Below are positions 62,612 through 64,000 of a DNA stretch of 64,000 nt, in pieces. The notes below the pieces were generated by a model. That model ran no database searches. It saw nothing but the letters and a program-made list of their open reading frames with translations, and had not been told where the DNA came from. The stretch's first letter is position 1, and every line of letters begins with the position of its first letter. This DNA is from an uncultured Candidatus Saccharibacteria bacterium (GTDB taxonomy: Bacteria; Patescibacteriota; Minisyncoccia; Portnoybacterales; UBA2143): NCBI GenBank assembly GCA_964629675.1, contig CAZVUG010000005.1:5806-69805 (forward strand), given 5' to 3'. The position numbers and the translations under genes are program-made.

Positions 62612-63725
62612 CGCCCGCTTTTACGGGCCAAAACAAAAAGGGTTGGGACGATATGTCCAAAAATTGGTCAATCATTTAGAAAAAGCTGATTTGCATAATC
62701 AATATATTATTTTTTTGAGAAAAGAAAATTGGTCTGAATACGAACCAACTAATCCTAATTTTAAAAAAGTCTTAGCTGATTGCCGATGGTATGGATTAAA
62801 AGAGCAGCTTTTGCTGCCGATTAAAATTCGTCAGCATAAAATAGACTTGATGCATTTTCCTCACTTTAATATTCCTGTTTTTTCTTTTGTCCCTTTTGTC
62901 GTAACTATTCATGACTTAGTCTTAAAAAGATTTCCTACCCGCCGAGCTTCTCAATTAGGTTTTTTAAAATATTGGCTGAAGAATTTAGCTTATCGTTTTG
63001 TCATCTGGCTTTCTGTTAGCCGGTCTAAAAAAATTATTACAGTTTCTGATTATACTAAAAAGGATATTCTAAATTATTTTAAAGTTAATCCGGAGAAAAT
63101 TGAAGTTATTTATGAAGGCAAACCCGATCTTAAGTATGCAAAGACAAATGCCGGCCAAAAATTACTTCAGAAATTAAAAATTCCCCAGCCGTACCTCTTA
63201 TATGTCGGCAATGCTTATCCACATAAAAATTTAGAAAGACTGATTTTAGCTTTTGCTGAAATAAGAAATCAAAATTGCCAGCTTGTCTTGGTTGGCGGAC
63301 TAGATTATTTTTACAAAAAGCTTAAAGAATTTATTCTAAGCGCTAAATTATCTAAAAGGGATTTAATTGTCTTTACTAATTTTGTTTCTGACGAACAGCT
63401 TGCTTATTTATACCAGAAAGCATCACTCTATGTCTTCCCTTCCTTGGGGGAGGGGTTTGGCTTGCCTCCTTTGGAAGCAATTGCCTACGGCACGCCAGTT
63501 GTCTCTTCTCGGGCTGGCTGCCTGCCGGAAATTTTAAGCGAAGCAGCTGTCTATTTCGATCCTAATAATATTAATGAAATGGCCCAAAAAATAGAGGAAG
63601 TTTTGCAAAATGAATCTATCCGCCGTGATTTAATAGAAAAAGGAAAAAATCTGATTAAAAAATATAGCTGGCAGAAAATGGCTTTAAAAACAAGGGATGT
63701 TTATCAAAGGGAAATTATGATATAA
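62595..63725 (+). CDS. GT4-family glycosyltransferase
   Basis: 376 aa; ...LGEGFGLPPLEAIAYGTPVVSS. Confidence 0.8.
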   Translation: MIIGIDARFYGPKQKGLGRYVQKLVNHLEKADLHNQYIIFLRKENWSEYEPTNPNFKKVLADCRWYGLKEQLLLPIKIRQHKIDLMHFPHFNIPVFSFVPFVVTIHDLVLKRFPTRRASQLGFLKYWLKNLAYRFVIWLSVSRSKKIITVSDYTKKDILNYFKVNPEKIEVIYEGKPDLKYAKTNAGQKLLQKLKIPQPYLLYVGNAYPHKNLERLILAFAEIRNQNCQLVLVGGLDYFYKKLKEFILSAKLSKRDLIVFTNFVSDEQLAYLYQKASLYVFPSLGEGFGLPPLEAIAYGTPVVSSRAGCLPEILSEAAVYFDPNNINEMAQKIEEVLQNESIRRDLIEKGKNLIKKYSWQKMALKTRDVYQREIMI

Positions 63726-63760
63726 TAGCAATATCAATTAGAAAATTAAGAAGCTTAATA

Positions 63761-64000
63761 TGGAGGGAAATTTCCCAAGAAATAAATTGAATAAGCGTAA
63801 TATTCTTAATGCTTTATTTGACGTACGTCCAGTTAAAAAAAGTGGCGATTTAGACTTATCCAGAATTAGGAAAATTGGCCAAATTCTTGATCTAAGCGAA
63901 ATAGTAAAGAAGAAAAAAGAAGAAGAAATTAATTTAAACCAGAATTTACTTAGAATAAAAGCTAAGCCAATTGTTCGCAAAATAAAACTTTCGGTAAAGC
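63761..64000 (+). CDS. Possible 5' part of a + strand ORF running off the window end (MEGNFPRNKLNKRNILNALFDVRPVKK...); uncertain
   Basis: Open frame from ATG 63761 to the window end, co-oriented with the cluster. The competing minus-strand ORF 63738-63980 is equally unsupported. Confidence 0.2.

Noticed and set aside
63738-63980. 80-aa minus-strand ORF at the window end
   Set aside because: Phe/Leu/Ser-rich low-complexity product on the non-coding strand of a uniformly + oriented cluster; the + strand alternative is listed with low confidence instead.

Overview
The window is one contiguous chromosomal stretch of an AT-rich, small-genome bacterium, almost entirely housekeeping. It uses code 11: TGA is a stop, for example at the rplP/rpmC ATGA overlap. 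Nearly every gene is on the + strand, and strong GGAGG-type ribosome-binding sites are common. Several traits suggest a Candidate Phyla Radiation / Patescibacteria-like organism: L30 is absent between rpsE and rplO, ribosomal proteins carry Lys-rich extensions, type IV pilus parts are present, and no fatty-acid synthesis genes are visible. This placement is inference, not proof.

Gene content, in order:
- a VanZ-like gene fragment
- a TrmB-type regulator, divergent from hisS
- hisS, then tRNA-His, then mpg
- an isolated transcription unit for an acyl-ACP-reductase-family (AAR-like) protein
- a 7TM-GAF histidine kinase, a CheY-like receiver, then pilM-pilN-pilO and a small TM protein
- tRNA-Arg and mscS
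- one uninterrupted ribosomal superoperon of about 16.4 kb: rpsL-rpsG-fusA-(83-aa ORF)-tuf-rpsJ-rplC...rpsE-rplO-secY-adk-map. The str, S10 and spc operons are fused, there is no L30, and no alpha operon follows map
- convergent thrS and dnaE
- ligA and gatC-gatA, with a TM protein where gatB would normally sit
- three minus-strand tRNAs: Asp, CAU, CAU
- a TM protein, pheS-pheT-gyrB
- secE-nusG-rplK, running straight into a dTMP / one-carbon module (dCMP deaminase, thyX-like, tmk, glyA, folD), then gatB
- miaA-miaB on the minus strand
- GT2, GalT-like, DedA, tpiA, pgk, recJ, rnhA
- a Cys-rich small ORF
- a clear bacterial type-A RNase P RNA
- a glycan cluster: a priming polyprenyl-phosphate sugar transferase plus three GT4 enzymes

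I found no CRISPR array, transposase, integrase, toxin-antitoxin pair or recognisable defence island. The items that most deserve a second look are:
- the AAR-family protein with no alkane-pathway partner, whose catalytic Cys may be missing
- the type IV pilus inner-membrane platform translationally fused to a two-component system
- a Cys4 knuckle inserted in EF-Tu domain I
- a tiny uORF plus terminator-like hairpin placed between rpsJ and rplC
- two unusual CAU tRNAs, one with C33
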